64,000 nt of DNA from Mobula hypostoma (taxonomy: Eukaryota). The notes under the pieces are model-generated. The model saw only the letters and a list, made by a program, of their open reading frames with translations. It had not been told where the DNA came from and did not search any database. Made by a program: the position numbers and the translations under genes. The stretch spans positions 15,252,001 through 15,316,000 of the forward strand of contig NC_086097.1 of the NCBI RefSeq assembly GCF_963921235.1. Direction: 5' to 3'. Shown one piece after another: positions 39,411 through 50,949 of the stretch; the first letter of the stretch is position 1, and each line of letters opens with the position of its first letter.

Positions 39411-40409
39411 TCCACACTGTTCCCCCTCCCTTATTTGGTTCCATGCTCCACCGTTCTCTCTTATCAGATTCCATCAGCAGCAGTCCTCAGTCACTATTTC
39501 CCCTCCTCCATATGCCCATCACGCTCTTCATCTGGATCCACCTATCACTGGCCACATTTTGCTTTCACCCCTTTCTCTTCCCCTTTTAAACCGGCTATCT
39601 CTTTCAGTCTCGAATGGTCTCAACCCATTAATAGTACACTTCAGGACAGCCTGCAGATAACACCGAGTCAAAGAATCATTGAAAAGTACAGCACAAAAAC
39701 AGGCCTTTTGGCCCATGCCAAAACCATTTCAATTGCCTATTCCCATCAAACTGAACCAGGACCATAGCCCTCCATATTCTTACCATCCATGTATCTATCC
39801 AAACTTCTCTTAAGTTGTTTGAGCTCATTCTTTGCTGGCAGCTCATTCCACACACTCACAGCCCTCAGAGTGCAGACATTTCTTGAGAACTGAGTTGAAC
39901 TAAAAATGCCTGGACTCTTTCATTTTTGTGCTATATATTCTGCGTTCCTCGCTCTTATTTTTGTTGCTGATTTGCCGTTTTTTGTGCATGGGGGAGGATT
40001 GAATGGGTTCCATGGTGTTTCTTTGTTTCTTGGCTGTCTGTGTGGAAGATGAATCTCAGGGTTGTGTACTGCATACATACCAGGGGTGCAGTGCTGCTGG
40101 AGCTCACCGGAGCACTGCTCTGGCACCTCTAAAAAAAAACGTCAAAATAAACAAACGGGGAATTTAACAGTGGCCGCATATTAAATAGAGGGAATTTTAC
40201 AGAAGCGGAGGTTGGGGAGGTGGGTGGTGGCTGGTGGGGAAAATGCCACTAATAACATTAGGATATTTGATCGTTTTTGGTGAAATCCTGGAGCTGTGAC
40301 TGTTTTGAGAAATTTCTCCTCATTCGACCCGTTGTCCCAGCATTCCCTGCTGTAGGCTCCCGCCATTTCACAGATCCTCAGTCTCTCTCCAGCACTCGTT
40401 GTTTGAGCA

Positions 40410-40816
40410 TTGTTCGCTGAGAAAATAAAAATCTTAGATCTTTTGAAAAGTGGCATGTCGCTTGCTGAAGTGGGCCGGAAGGTCGGTGAGAACGAGTCGA
40501 GCATTCGCACAATAAAGCAGAAAGAAGCTGAAATTCGTGCTACCTCTACAACGGCAAAAATGGTCTCTCTCTGGTTTGTGATAAAGTGCTTGCAAAGACT
40601 GAGAAAGCATTAAGTGTGTGGCTAGAGGACATATCACAGAAGCATATCCCTGCTGATGGCAAAATTATGCATGAAAAAGCACTTAGCCTCTATGAGCACT
40701 ACTGTGAGGGGGTTGAGGAGAGCGAGAGGAAGGAGCTTAGGGCTAGTAAGGGATGGCTGGCTAGTTATGTAAAGCGCTACAGCCTCAAGAACTTAAAGAT
40801 CACGGGAGAATCGGCA
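40410..40816 (+). pseudogene. Tigger/pogo transposase N-terminal DNA-binding region (HTH-psq-like plus CENP-B HTH), one frameshift
   Basis: EKIKILDLLKSGMSLAEVGRKVGENESSIRTIKQKEAEIRA and KTEKALSVWLEDISQKHIPADGKIMHEKALSLY...ASKGWLASYVKRYSLKNLKITGESA, typical of TIGD1/Tigger proteins. Confidence 0.92.
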
Positions 40817-42795
40817 GGGCAGATGTACCAAGTATCCTATTATGGAGCCGATCGAAGTACATGCTTGAAGTCTCTCAGAAAAAAAAATTGTTCATCACAA
40901 ACTATCAACAGCTCACACTGCTGCTCTAAGTGTTGAAAATATAGCTAGTGAAGATGCTCTTAGAAAATTATGTGACACCATGAATGCTTCACATCTAAAG
41001 GCAACTTGTTCAATTTTTTGCTCTGCATATTATTTAGCTCAGAATGATTAGACCATACTCTGATCACTTTGGCTTATTGGAACTTCCAAAAAAATGGTAT
41101 TGACATTGGAATTGGACTGCATTCTCACACTAGTGCTACAGAGATAATTAATCACATAGCCATTAATATGAAAAAGAAAATTTGCCAGCATATCAAGCAG
41201 ATAAATGGCAAATTTTCTGTTCTCATTGATGAATCAACAAGCCTGAGCATTAAGACCGCCCTAATGGTTTATTTGAAATGTGAAAGTGATAAGGAAGGGG
41301 ATCCCCATTTTATGTTTTTAGATCTAATTGAACTGCCTGATCAGAAAGCTGCAACTATTGCTGAGCATCTATTGAACTGTCTCAATAACCATGGGTTTGA
41401 TGACTTACTTGAAACAGAACCTTGTAGCATTTTCTAGTGATGGGGTGAGCGTAATGCTTGGTGTCAAATCTGGTATTGCTACAATTCTCAAGGAACATTA
41501 CCCTGATGTGATCATTTGGCACTGTCTTAATCACAGATTAGAACTTGCAGTAAGTGATTTGATGAGAGAAGTTCATGGAATAAATCATTTTCAATCATTT
41601 ATGGACAAATTGTACCCTGTTTATAGTAGATCACCTCGAAATCAAAAGGAACTGTCTGAATGTGCCTCTCAACTAGAACAACAAATTTGCAAAATAGGCC
41701 GTGTTCTGGGCACCAGGTAGGTAGCTAGCTCGTTTCGAACAGTTTCAGCAATGTGGCAAAATTATGAAGCACTGTGTTTTCATTTTGAAAAAGCAATGAA
41801 GGATGAAACAAGATCTGGGAGTGACAGAAAAACCTATGGAGGTCTGTTGAAAAGACTCTCTTCAGAACAGTTTCTATTGGACTTAGCTCTAATGTATGAC
41901 ACGTTGCATGAACTTGGTTTACTGTTTACAGAAACGCACTACTACGATTGTTTATGCAGACAAACTGATCCAACAGAGCATAAGATCACTGCATGGACTG
42001 AAAGAGCAACCTGGTACAAAACCTCTAGACGCTCAAGGCAGTTGAAAAGGGGAAGTTTGGAGAAATTACTTTAACAACCAACAACAAAATTGTCTCCATT
42101 AATTATCTACAGTTTCTTATTAGTCTTATAAACAATTTGCAGCACCGTATGTTCACAGCAACATCTTTGAAAGGTTCTCAAACTTCTAAACCTCAAAGTA
42201 TGTATAAATCCCTGCTAAATGAAATGTGTGTCCTTGATAAAGATAATTGGCCTGCTGAAATACCGCTTAATTATGGGGAGGCTGCAATATCATCTCTCTG
42301 TAAGAGGTTTAAGCTTTCTTCTTCCTCTGTAATAAGTGCCTTCAGAGATTATGTGGAGGATCGTGGATGCCACATCCCCCAAGATTTACGCCCATTACTG
42401 AGCTGTCCACAAGTTATTCCTATTAGTACTGCTGAATGTGAGAGAGGATTCGGTCACACGAACTTGATAATAACAACAACATGCTCAAGAATTCTCATAA
42501 ATTATATATCAGCACTTATGTTTGTTAAAGTACACGGACCTCCTCTAGTTCAGTGGGATCCTGAGCCGTGTGTCACATCATATCTACAGTACATAGAACA
42601 TAGAACAGTACAGCACAGTACAGGCCCTTCGGCCCACAATGTTGTGCCAACTCTTAAACCCTGCCTCCCATATAACCCCCCACCTTAAATTCCTCCGTAT
42701 ACCTGTACCACAGATCAGCAGATGACACCAGGACAAGAGTTGCTTCAGTCCCCCGAACACATATTACACCTGACCCTTTGTGGAAGTTATTGTGA
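40817..42795 (+). pseudogene. Decayed hAT transposase of the KIAA1586/ZNF862-like group
   Basis: SLRKK.VHHK.S.AH, FSVLIDESTS (first catalytic D), SDGVSVMLGVKSG (second D), WHCLNHRLELAV (CxxH), IPISTAECERGF (catalytic E and dimerisation domain), ending HRSADDTRTR...LWKLL*; several frameshifts and stops. Confidence 0.93.
42593..42708 (-). mobile_element. Short CR1 3' end inserted in the hAT ORF
   Basis: (ATAGAAC)n tail plus CAGGCCCTTCGGCCCAC; GTAC on both sides; removing it restores YLQY-HRSADD. Confidence 0.9.
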
Positions 42796-44471
42796 AACTT
42801 CTCATTGGTGGCATTTGGTAAGTAGGTAATTACTTTTAAATTGGTAAAATACATGATTGCCGTCTTTTTCTTTCCTTGCTTGATAATTATATTTTATGAT
42901 AATTAGTGAGTGCAACTGTGTAATACTTTGTCTTATTATTAAATTAAGTATTATATGTTTTATTGTACCAGTTATACACTGAAATGTAGTGATAGGCTAT
43001 AATCTTGTTAATGTCTTAACTATCACTATATTTCTGTGGAGCTCTGGAATTCATATATTTCTTTCATCTTGGTTTAGTGCTTGACATTATAAGAAGCCCT
43101 ATTCATATATATGTCACATCCAATTTGTCTACCTGCTCATTACATGAATGGGACAAGGAAGTTGCCAAGTACATGAAATGAGCAGGAACACAAATTGGGT
43201 GTGACATATATAGAGAGAGGATATGGGAAATAGCAAGAATTTTGTCAGCTCCGGCACCTAAAAAATTAGCACTGCACCCCTGATACATACTTTGATAATA
43301 AATATACTTTGAATCTTTGAATCGGTGCACAGATCCTGCCTGAACTGTTATTTCCTCTGGCATTCTCTATCTTTCTTTTGCCCTGGATTCCAGCATCTGC
43401 AGGGTCCTGTGTCTTCCGCAAGCTCTATACTCCATTATCAGCATCTGAACCAGTGCCGCCGAGGTCACCCTGGGTAAGGATGGTGTGCAGACACTCAGCA
43501 GGATTCAGGACGTGATATAAAAAGGTGGAGGAGCTTCCTACAGACCACCCAAATCTGCTAAGAAATGGGCATTGCCAGATTCAAGGAATGCCTGTGCGGG
43601 GCAGGTCAACCAATAATGGAGAGGACTGTTGCATCTTTTAACTTGGGACTGATGTTTGACACCAAAATGAAATTTAGAACAGGATTATCTGCCAAATAAC
43701 TAATGCCTGAAAGGAGATAAGGGATTCAGTTACTCATCTCCCCAGTCTACATTTGAACCCACACACACTAACCATTACTGAGCTCTTCTGTGGGTATGTT
43801 ATAACCCACACCCGAGCTGACATAAGATCTTTCAAAACACCTTTCTTTCAAACATGTAGGATGAATTTCAGTGGCAATAAACTCAGGGGTGTAAGTTTAG
43901 ACACTGTCCCATGACCTCAATAACAAACTACGGCTAGTTTCTCCTGTTTCCCCCTGAGGAAGGTAAAGGCACAGAGTAAATGTAACTGCTATTTATTGCG
44001 GCTCATATCGACTTAATCCCAAAGAGGCCAATAATAAAAGTCATTAATAAAAATAATGTTGAAGCTGATTATACCGTGCCTGACCCGAGGTGGGAGCTAT
44101 TAACCCAATGCAAATCACGAGGAGATTATCTGTGCCCATTAACCGATTGAATGAACGTAATCCTGACAGGCCAGCCGGCACTGTTGCTTCTGAGTAGCAG
44201 GCAGTGTCATTAACCGTGATTATGACCCCGCAGAGGCAGAGTCATGGGCAGCAGGTTCCAATCGTCCAATCACATTAATAGAGGCCAGCGCATCCAAACA
44301 ACAGCGCGGCAGAGAGGGGAAAGAGAGCATCAATTCCCCAGAGTCAGCGGGATGGAAACATGAAAAACAATGTTTGATGTGCGTTTCTATCTTCGGCATG
44401 TGACAATAAATCAGAATTGCAACCTGCGTGTAAAAGATCACCCATTTCATGGTTTCTCATGGATTAGAGTC

Positions 44472-44760
44472 TTTATTTATTTAGTGAAAGAGCACGAAGT
44501 AGGCCTTCCTGCCCTTCGAGCCACGACGACCCTGATTTAACTCTAACCTAACCACAGGAAAATTTACAATGCCCAATTAAGTAGTACTGCCCAGTACCTC
44601 TCTGGACTGTGGGAGGAAACTGGAGCACCCAGGATAACTCATACATTCCACAGGGAGATCGTACAGCGACTCCAGACAGAACTGTGCCAGTACTGAACTC
44701 TGAACCCAGAACACCTTGAGCTGTAATCGCGTGGTGCTAACCACTATGCTACAGTGGTGT
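44472..44760 (-). mobile_element. V-type SINE
   Basis: Antisense of the V-SINE core (TGTGGGAGGAAACTGGAGCACCC), with tRNA head and TTTA tail. Confidence 0.8.
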
Positions 44761-45029
44761 TCTAAGGATGACCATCACTGCTGAATGTCCCTACATCTAC
44801 CATGGCAACAAACCCCTCTGTTTCGCTTCTTTTCTTCCATCATTTAAAACAATATAAAATCTACTTCTTATCCTCCAACTATTTGTTCTTCTCTCTTAAC
44901 ATCGTCTTAAGTAGCTCTGTGACAGATTTCACTCGGTAGCTGCACTGTATAAGACTCAGGATGCTTTCCCACATTCTGTACAGATAAAATAGAAACACTA
45001 TCCGTTCACTGAGCCAGGACCTGTCATCA

Positions 45030-45312
45030 TGCCATGGTCGTGTAGCGACTAATGCAAAGCTATTACAGCTCCAGGCGTCGGAGTTCACGGTTCCATTCCG
45101 GTGCCATCTGTAAGGAATTTGTATGTCCTCCCCTTGACCACGTGGGTTTCCTCCGTGTGCTCCAGTTTCCTCCCAAAGTCCAAAGGCGCACAGGTTTGTA
45201 GTTAATTGGTCATTGTAAATTGTCCTGTAATTAAGTTAGCGTTGCTAGACAACATGGTTCATTGAGCTAAAAAGGCCTGTTCCACACTGTATCAATAAAC
45301 AAATAAATAAAT
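45030..45312 (+). mobile_element. V-type SINE
   Basis: GTGGGTTTCCTCCGTGTGCTCCAGTTTCCTCCCAAAGTCCAAAG core and AATAAA tail. Confidence 0.85.
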
Positions 45313-46257
45313 ATTACTCATGGTTGCTGCTCCAGGTTCGTACACTTGCTAAGGGTCACTGTGCACTGCAGTTTCCCGGCTCTGACAGACCTTGTAACTA
45401 CAGAATGTTGCAGATAAGCAGATAACTTGCCTCCTTGACGTTCACCGAATTAAAACGCAAGAAATCCCAACCCACTACCCCGAATGAAACAATGAGCAGT
45501 AATCATATGTTAAAGGGCTAATGTCATTATCTGAGACATGATCTCTTCTCGTTGCTAGGAGGTGGTACAGGAGCCTGAAGACCCACACTCAATGATTTGA
45601 AACAGCTTCTTCCCCTCTGCCATCAGATTTCTGAAAGGTGTATGAACACTGTCTTGTCATTCCTTTTGTTTTGCACTACTTACTTATTTTGTAAGTTATA
45701 GCAATTTCACTGTATATCTTTGTATTGTATTGCTGCTGCAAAACAATAATTTTCACATCATATAAGACAGACATAGTAAACCTGAGTCTGATGCATGTCA
45801 GATGCCTTCTTCACCATTTTGAGGGAACAAAGTCCCTCTGCCTCTAGTTCTCTCTGTTAAACAAAAGTCCCCAGGGCCCTGCCATGCATTGTGTATGTTC
45901 TGCCCTGGTTTAACTTCCCAAAATGCACCACTTCATACTTGCCTGAGTTAAATTCCATCTGCCGTTTGCTTGCCCACTTTCCCAGTTGAGCGATACCCTT
46001 TTGTAACTTTAGACAACTTCTTTACCGTCCACAATACCTCCAATATTGGTGTCATCGGCAAAGTTATTAATCATGCCATCTGCATTCTTATTCAAACCAT
46101 GAGTATACATGGGACGCAGTGCTGATGCTGGTGGTCTTATGAGCTTGCTGCCCCTAGATATAGGTGAGAATCACATTGTACTCTTTGAGTCCCCTGATAT
46201 AGTAGCTAAGCTGTACATGGTACCATCTATGTCCCCTAGTTGATGATTGTTAGCCTA

Positions 46258-46533
46258 TATTTATCTATTTATTGAGATATGGTGCGGAAAAGGCCCTTCG
46301 AACCACACCACCCAGCAATCCCCCGATTTAAACCCAGCGTAATCACAGGACAATTTACAATGACCAATTAACCTGCCAACTGGTACATCCTTGGACTATG
46401 GGAGGAAACTGGAGCACCCGGAGGAAACACCAGCGGTCACGAGGAGAACGTACAAATTCCTTACAGGCAGTGGTGGCAACTGAACCTGGGTTGATGTAAA
46501 AGTTGTGGTAACACTAGGCTACTGTGCTACCCC
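46258..46533 (-). mobile_element. V-type SINE
   Basis: Close match to 21347-21627. Confidence 0.85.
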
Positions 46534-47634
46534 TATGCTTGCTCCAGATAGTGTGGGGGGGGGGGTGTGAAAAGGAAAGGTAGAATGGCCCAAACTTTTC
46601 ATTGTTAGTTCTTATTGAATGAACTTTGTTGAAATGAGCACATCAGAATCAGGTTTATTATCACCGAGATATGTCGTGGAAGTTGTTGTTCTGTGGTAAC
46701 ATTCATAAAAAGATTACTGTAGAGTACCATAGAAAATAAACAGTGCAAGGAGAAATAGCAAAGTCATATTTATGAATTTGGGGACTGTTCAGAAATTTGA
46801 TGGCAGAGGGGAAGAAGGTGATCCTCTAAATCTTTGAGTTTGGGTCTTTGGGCTCTTGTACCTCCTCCCGATGGTAATAGATACCGCCAAGTCCCTCTTT
46901 AAATCACGCCATTTGGACCATAACTGCTAGGACATCCTACTGAGAAGTACTTTGAAAGTATCTTACTAGTAGTTCAGGAATTTGTAACTGGTAATTGGAT
47001 TATTATCCCATGTGGAGAGATACAGTTTTGGCATGGGAGGAATTTATTCAATCCATTCCATGCATGTAGGCCACAATAGATGCATAATCCTGCAGCACAC
47101 AGGTCTTCAAGTCGTCATCCTGTTATATTTTAAATGCACTGAGTACCTGAGCCTCCAACAACCTCGTGGACAGTGAATTTCAGAGTCTCATTAATCAGGG
47201 AGTCAAATAGTTTTTCTCTCAGCTCCCGTCAAATCCATCAAGGAATGAAAGGAAGTTGGAACAGACCAATAGGATGTAGTTACGCAACCACTTCACTCGA
47301 TTCGAGTACGATGCTCTCTAAAGGAGTTATTTATTGGTAGGTTCTCAGGTCCCTGTAGAGGCCGATCCAGGATCCACATAGTGGGATGTTAGGGTGGATT
47401 CATTTAATGGAGAATGTCTGTGTATGTCCTTGTCTAACATGGGTAGACTGATGCACGTCCTTGACAGACTGGGGTCAGGGTCCAGTGGCATAGAGCGGCA
47501 GGTGATTCACTGCTGCAGTCTTCCTCCACCTTCACGACTGCTCCTTGTCTGGGTGTACCAGTAAGAGAGTGGTTGAAGCCATTTTTGCGATGGGGGCCGT
47601 ACCAGTAAGAAATTTCAGTTTCAATCACCCCAGT

Positions 47635-47960
47635 GGGCGGCAAGGTAGCTTAGCGGTTAGCGCAATTGCATTCCAGTGCCAGAGATCGCCAGTCCAGGAT
47701 TGATTCCCACCACTGACTGTAAGGAGTTTGTACGTTCTCTCTGACTGTAAGGAGTCTGTACGTTCTCTCTGTGACCATGCAGGTTTACCCCGGGTGCCCT
47801 GGTTTCCTGGCACCTCCCAAAGACATGCGGCTAGGGTTAGGGTTAGTGAGTTGTGGCATGTTATGCTGGTGCCAGAAGCGTGGCAACTCTTTCAGCACAA
47901 TCCCCACTGACTTGATCTAATGGAAATGACGCAGCTCACTGTATGCTTCAATGTACTACT
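47635..47960 (+). mobile_element. V-type SINE with an internal 28-bp tandem duplication
   Basis: GGTAGCTTAGCGGTTAGC head; CTGACTGTAAGGAGT(T/C)TGTACGTTCTCT occurs twice at 47713-47770. Confidence 0.8.
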
Positions 47961-48572
47961 TCTTCTATTTAAAGCAGAGATTCCCTGCCATGGAACAATA
48001 CCATTGGGCAAGGGGTCGGGTCGGGAACCTCCGACTCAAAGCTTCATAATCTGGTGCCCAGAATGACGTTGAACTAGGATGAGGAAAAGGCTTGCATTTA
48101 CATGGTGCTTTTTTTTACTGCCAAATCAATTTACAACCACTTAGGGAGTGTGCAGTCACTATTGCAAAGTAGAGACTGTAATAATGAGGTCAATCCATAA
48201 ACAACAAAGTCCCAGAACTACAAGAGATTCTGCAGTTGCTGGAAATCCAGATTAACACACACAAAATGCTGGAGGAACTCAGTAGGTCAGACAGAGCATC
48301 TATGGAAATGAATAAACAGTCGACATTCTGGCCGAGACCCCATAAATGCAATCTACTAATGGCTAGAAAATATGTTTTTGTGATCTTCTGTATCCAAAAC
48401 ACTATGGACAGCTCCCTGTTTATCTAAGTAACATCAAGGGAAAAATTAATGTCATCTTCACCTAAACGAGCAGTTCTAGGTTTCATTTCTAAGATAGCAC
48501 GCCATCAAAACTCCACTGGTTTGCAGTTTTGAGCTCAAGTTTCTTTGTAAGAAAATATTTTTTTTTCTCCCG

Positions 48573-49238
48573 AGAGGGGGGAGAAGATGGCGGCGCGACG
48601 GCAGCACGCGCGGCCACTTCGGTGGTGATGTCTGTTATCTGTTAAGTAGGGGACCGTGCACAATTCTGATTTGATGGAGACAGACATGAGAGCACAGCGG
48701 AACATCTGGAAAACTTCTGAAATGCCTACTTCACTGAAGGCCCCGAAATCCTCGGCTTTGCGTGTTTCAGCGGCTGGGGAGAGGTCAAAGGCGCTCAGCA
48801 GAGGATGGCGCTTGGGAGGCTGTATCGGAGACGATGGTCTGAAGCTCGAAGTTTTCCGACAGATGGACTCAGTGTCGGCTGGGGTCGGCTGCTTCCAACG
48901 TATCGGCAAGTTGACAGTGTCTGGAGGTTTATGGCAGGGAGCTTCTCCCTTTTGCCGCCTGCTATCGGGGACTCGGGAGTCGATCGACTCAGGACTCGAT
49001 CGACTCAGGACTTTGAGACTTTTTTTTTTACTGTGCCCATGGTTTGTTTTTCATCAAATTATGGTATTGCTTTGCACTGCTGTAACTATATGTTATAATT
49101 ATGTGGTTCTGTTAGTGTTAGTCTTTGATCTGTCCTGTTTTCTGTGATATCACTCTGGAGAAACATTGCATCATTTCTTAATGCATGTATGCATTTCTAA
49201 ATGACAATAAAAGAGGACTGAGTGTTCTCATAATCTAA
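48573..49238 (+). mobile_element. ~670-bp young non-autonomous LINE-like retroposon (copy 2)
   Basis: Homologous to 7809-8492; begins GGAGAAGATGGCGGCGCG and ends AATAAAAGAGGACTGAGTGTTCTCATAATCTAAT. Confidence 0.85.
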
Positions 49239-50344
49239 TATTTCATGTAACCTTTAAAAAAAAATCAATATCCCTCTCTGAGAATTGTATTTATTTCATT
49301 TATTGAGATATAGCACAGAACACACCCTACCAGCCATTCAAGTCATAATTACCAGCAACCACCGATTTAACCCGTTTATTCAAGCGACAATTTACAATGA
49401 CCAATTAACAGACTAACTGGTATGTCTTTGGGCTGTGGGAGCAAACTGGAGCACCAGGAGACAACCTACACAGTCACGGGGAGAAAGTACAAGTACAAAC
49501 TCCTTACAAATGACATTGGAATTGAACTCTGATCTCTGGCGCACCAAGCTGTGGTAGTGTTGCACCAACCGCAATGTCACCATGGCAGCATTTTCTTTGA
49601 AGAATATTATCAATTTGATCACTTCTTTTCCAATGATATTGCAATTCCAGATATAATAGAGTCCTCACACATGGCCAACATGAAAGATTGTTCAGTATTC
49701 CACAGAAAAATCAAAAGGTTTAAGCGTGGTGCTGATGCTACTTGAGTTCAAATTCAAACCAGATCCTCCCAATCACATTTACAATCAAAATAATATTCGT
49801 TGTAAAATAGAGTTGCAATCTGTGTATACATTTTATAATTTTTCATATGCTGGATTAACTTCTTGTGCACAGAAGTATAACTTCCATTTATTTAATCAGG
49901 TCGCAAGTATATAGTCTGGCAGGACTATTTCCAGTGGCTGGGATAACATAGGTCAATGGTTCTGAAGTCGCTATGTGGTATTTGCCAGATAACCTGCCTC
50001 TCCTTCTCTTTCTATAAACAGAAATGCAGCAACCTCTAATTAATCTTAACACCTCATTATTAAACTTCTAGACTTTCACCAGCTTTGTTTGAAAGCAAAC
50101 AGCCTAATGTGCCCAAATTTAGCTCTCAGTAGTGCAATTCGCTGCGCTAATTTCATCTGTGTAGTACTAAATTACACAAGGGCTTTCTGCTCACCAAGAG
50201 CAGCCAGTGCATAAACCTTTAGGCCATCAAGAGAAATGAACCATTGACCATCATAATGGATTGATGCAAGAAAGATCTTAGGTGAGATTTGAAGGCTGTA
50301 ACAGATAGACTATCAATAGCCACATAAACTAAGTCATTGATATC

Positions 50345-50872
50345 CAATCCCCATTCCCATTCTGACATGCCAGTCTATGGCCTCCTCTCAGATTGGAGGA
50401 ACAACACCTCGTATCCTCCAACCTGAGGGCATGATCATAGATTTCTTCAACTTCCGGTAGTTTTCTCCCTTCCTCTTCCCTCTTTTTCAATTCCCCACTC
50501 TTGCACCCCTCTTATCTCTTCTCTTCTCCTGCCCTACCACCTCCTCTGTTGCCCCTCCTCCTTCCCTTTCTCCACGGTCATTCTCCTCTCCTATCAGATT
50601 CCTTCTTCTTCAGCCCTTTACCTTCACCACCTATCACCTCCTAACTTCTTACTTCATTCCCTCCCCCCACCCACTTTCTCTAGGCAACTGTACTCCTTCC
50701 ACACTCCCTCTCCCACCTTCTTATTCTGGCTTCTTCCCCCTTCCTTTCCAGTCCTGGAGAAGAGCTTCAGCCTGAAATATCGACTGTTTATTCATTTCCG
50801 TACTGATTCTCCCTGACCTGCTGAGCTTCACCAGAATTTTGTGTGTGTTATTCTATATATCCAGCATCTAGC
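50345..50872 (+). mobile_element. Penelope-like 3' fragment
   Basis: HSHSDMPVYGLL...RLEEQHL...IDFFNFR*, pyrimidine-rich UTR, and terminal repeat CAGTCCTGGAGAAG...CCTGAAATATCGACTG. Confidence 0.85.
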
Positions 50873-50949
50873 AGCAAGAATTGAACCCAGGTTGCTGGTA
50901 CTGTAAAGCATTGTGCTCACGGCTACGCTACCACCTGCCCTCGTAGGAG

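Larger units (their letters stand above)
40081..43282 (+). mobile_element. hAT DNA transposon with both ends intact
   Basis: Perfect 15-bp TIR CAGGGGTGCAGTGCT (40081-40095) / AGCACTGCACCCCTG (43268-43282); perfect 8-bp TSD ATACATAC (40073-40080, 43283-43290); subterminal GCTC(C/T)GGCACCT repeats; inserted in a LINE tail that resumes TTTGATAATAAA. Confidence 0.97.

Noticed and set aside
38737..39474. 245-aa minus-strand ORF, the longest in the track
   Set aside because: Chance read-through across Penelope UTR, RTE and antisense CR1 fragments.
41069..42688. A functional KIAA1586/ZNF862 host gene
   Set aside because: Multiple stops and frameshifts, a CR1 insertion, and intact TIRs and TSD show it is a decayed transposon copy.
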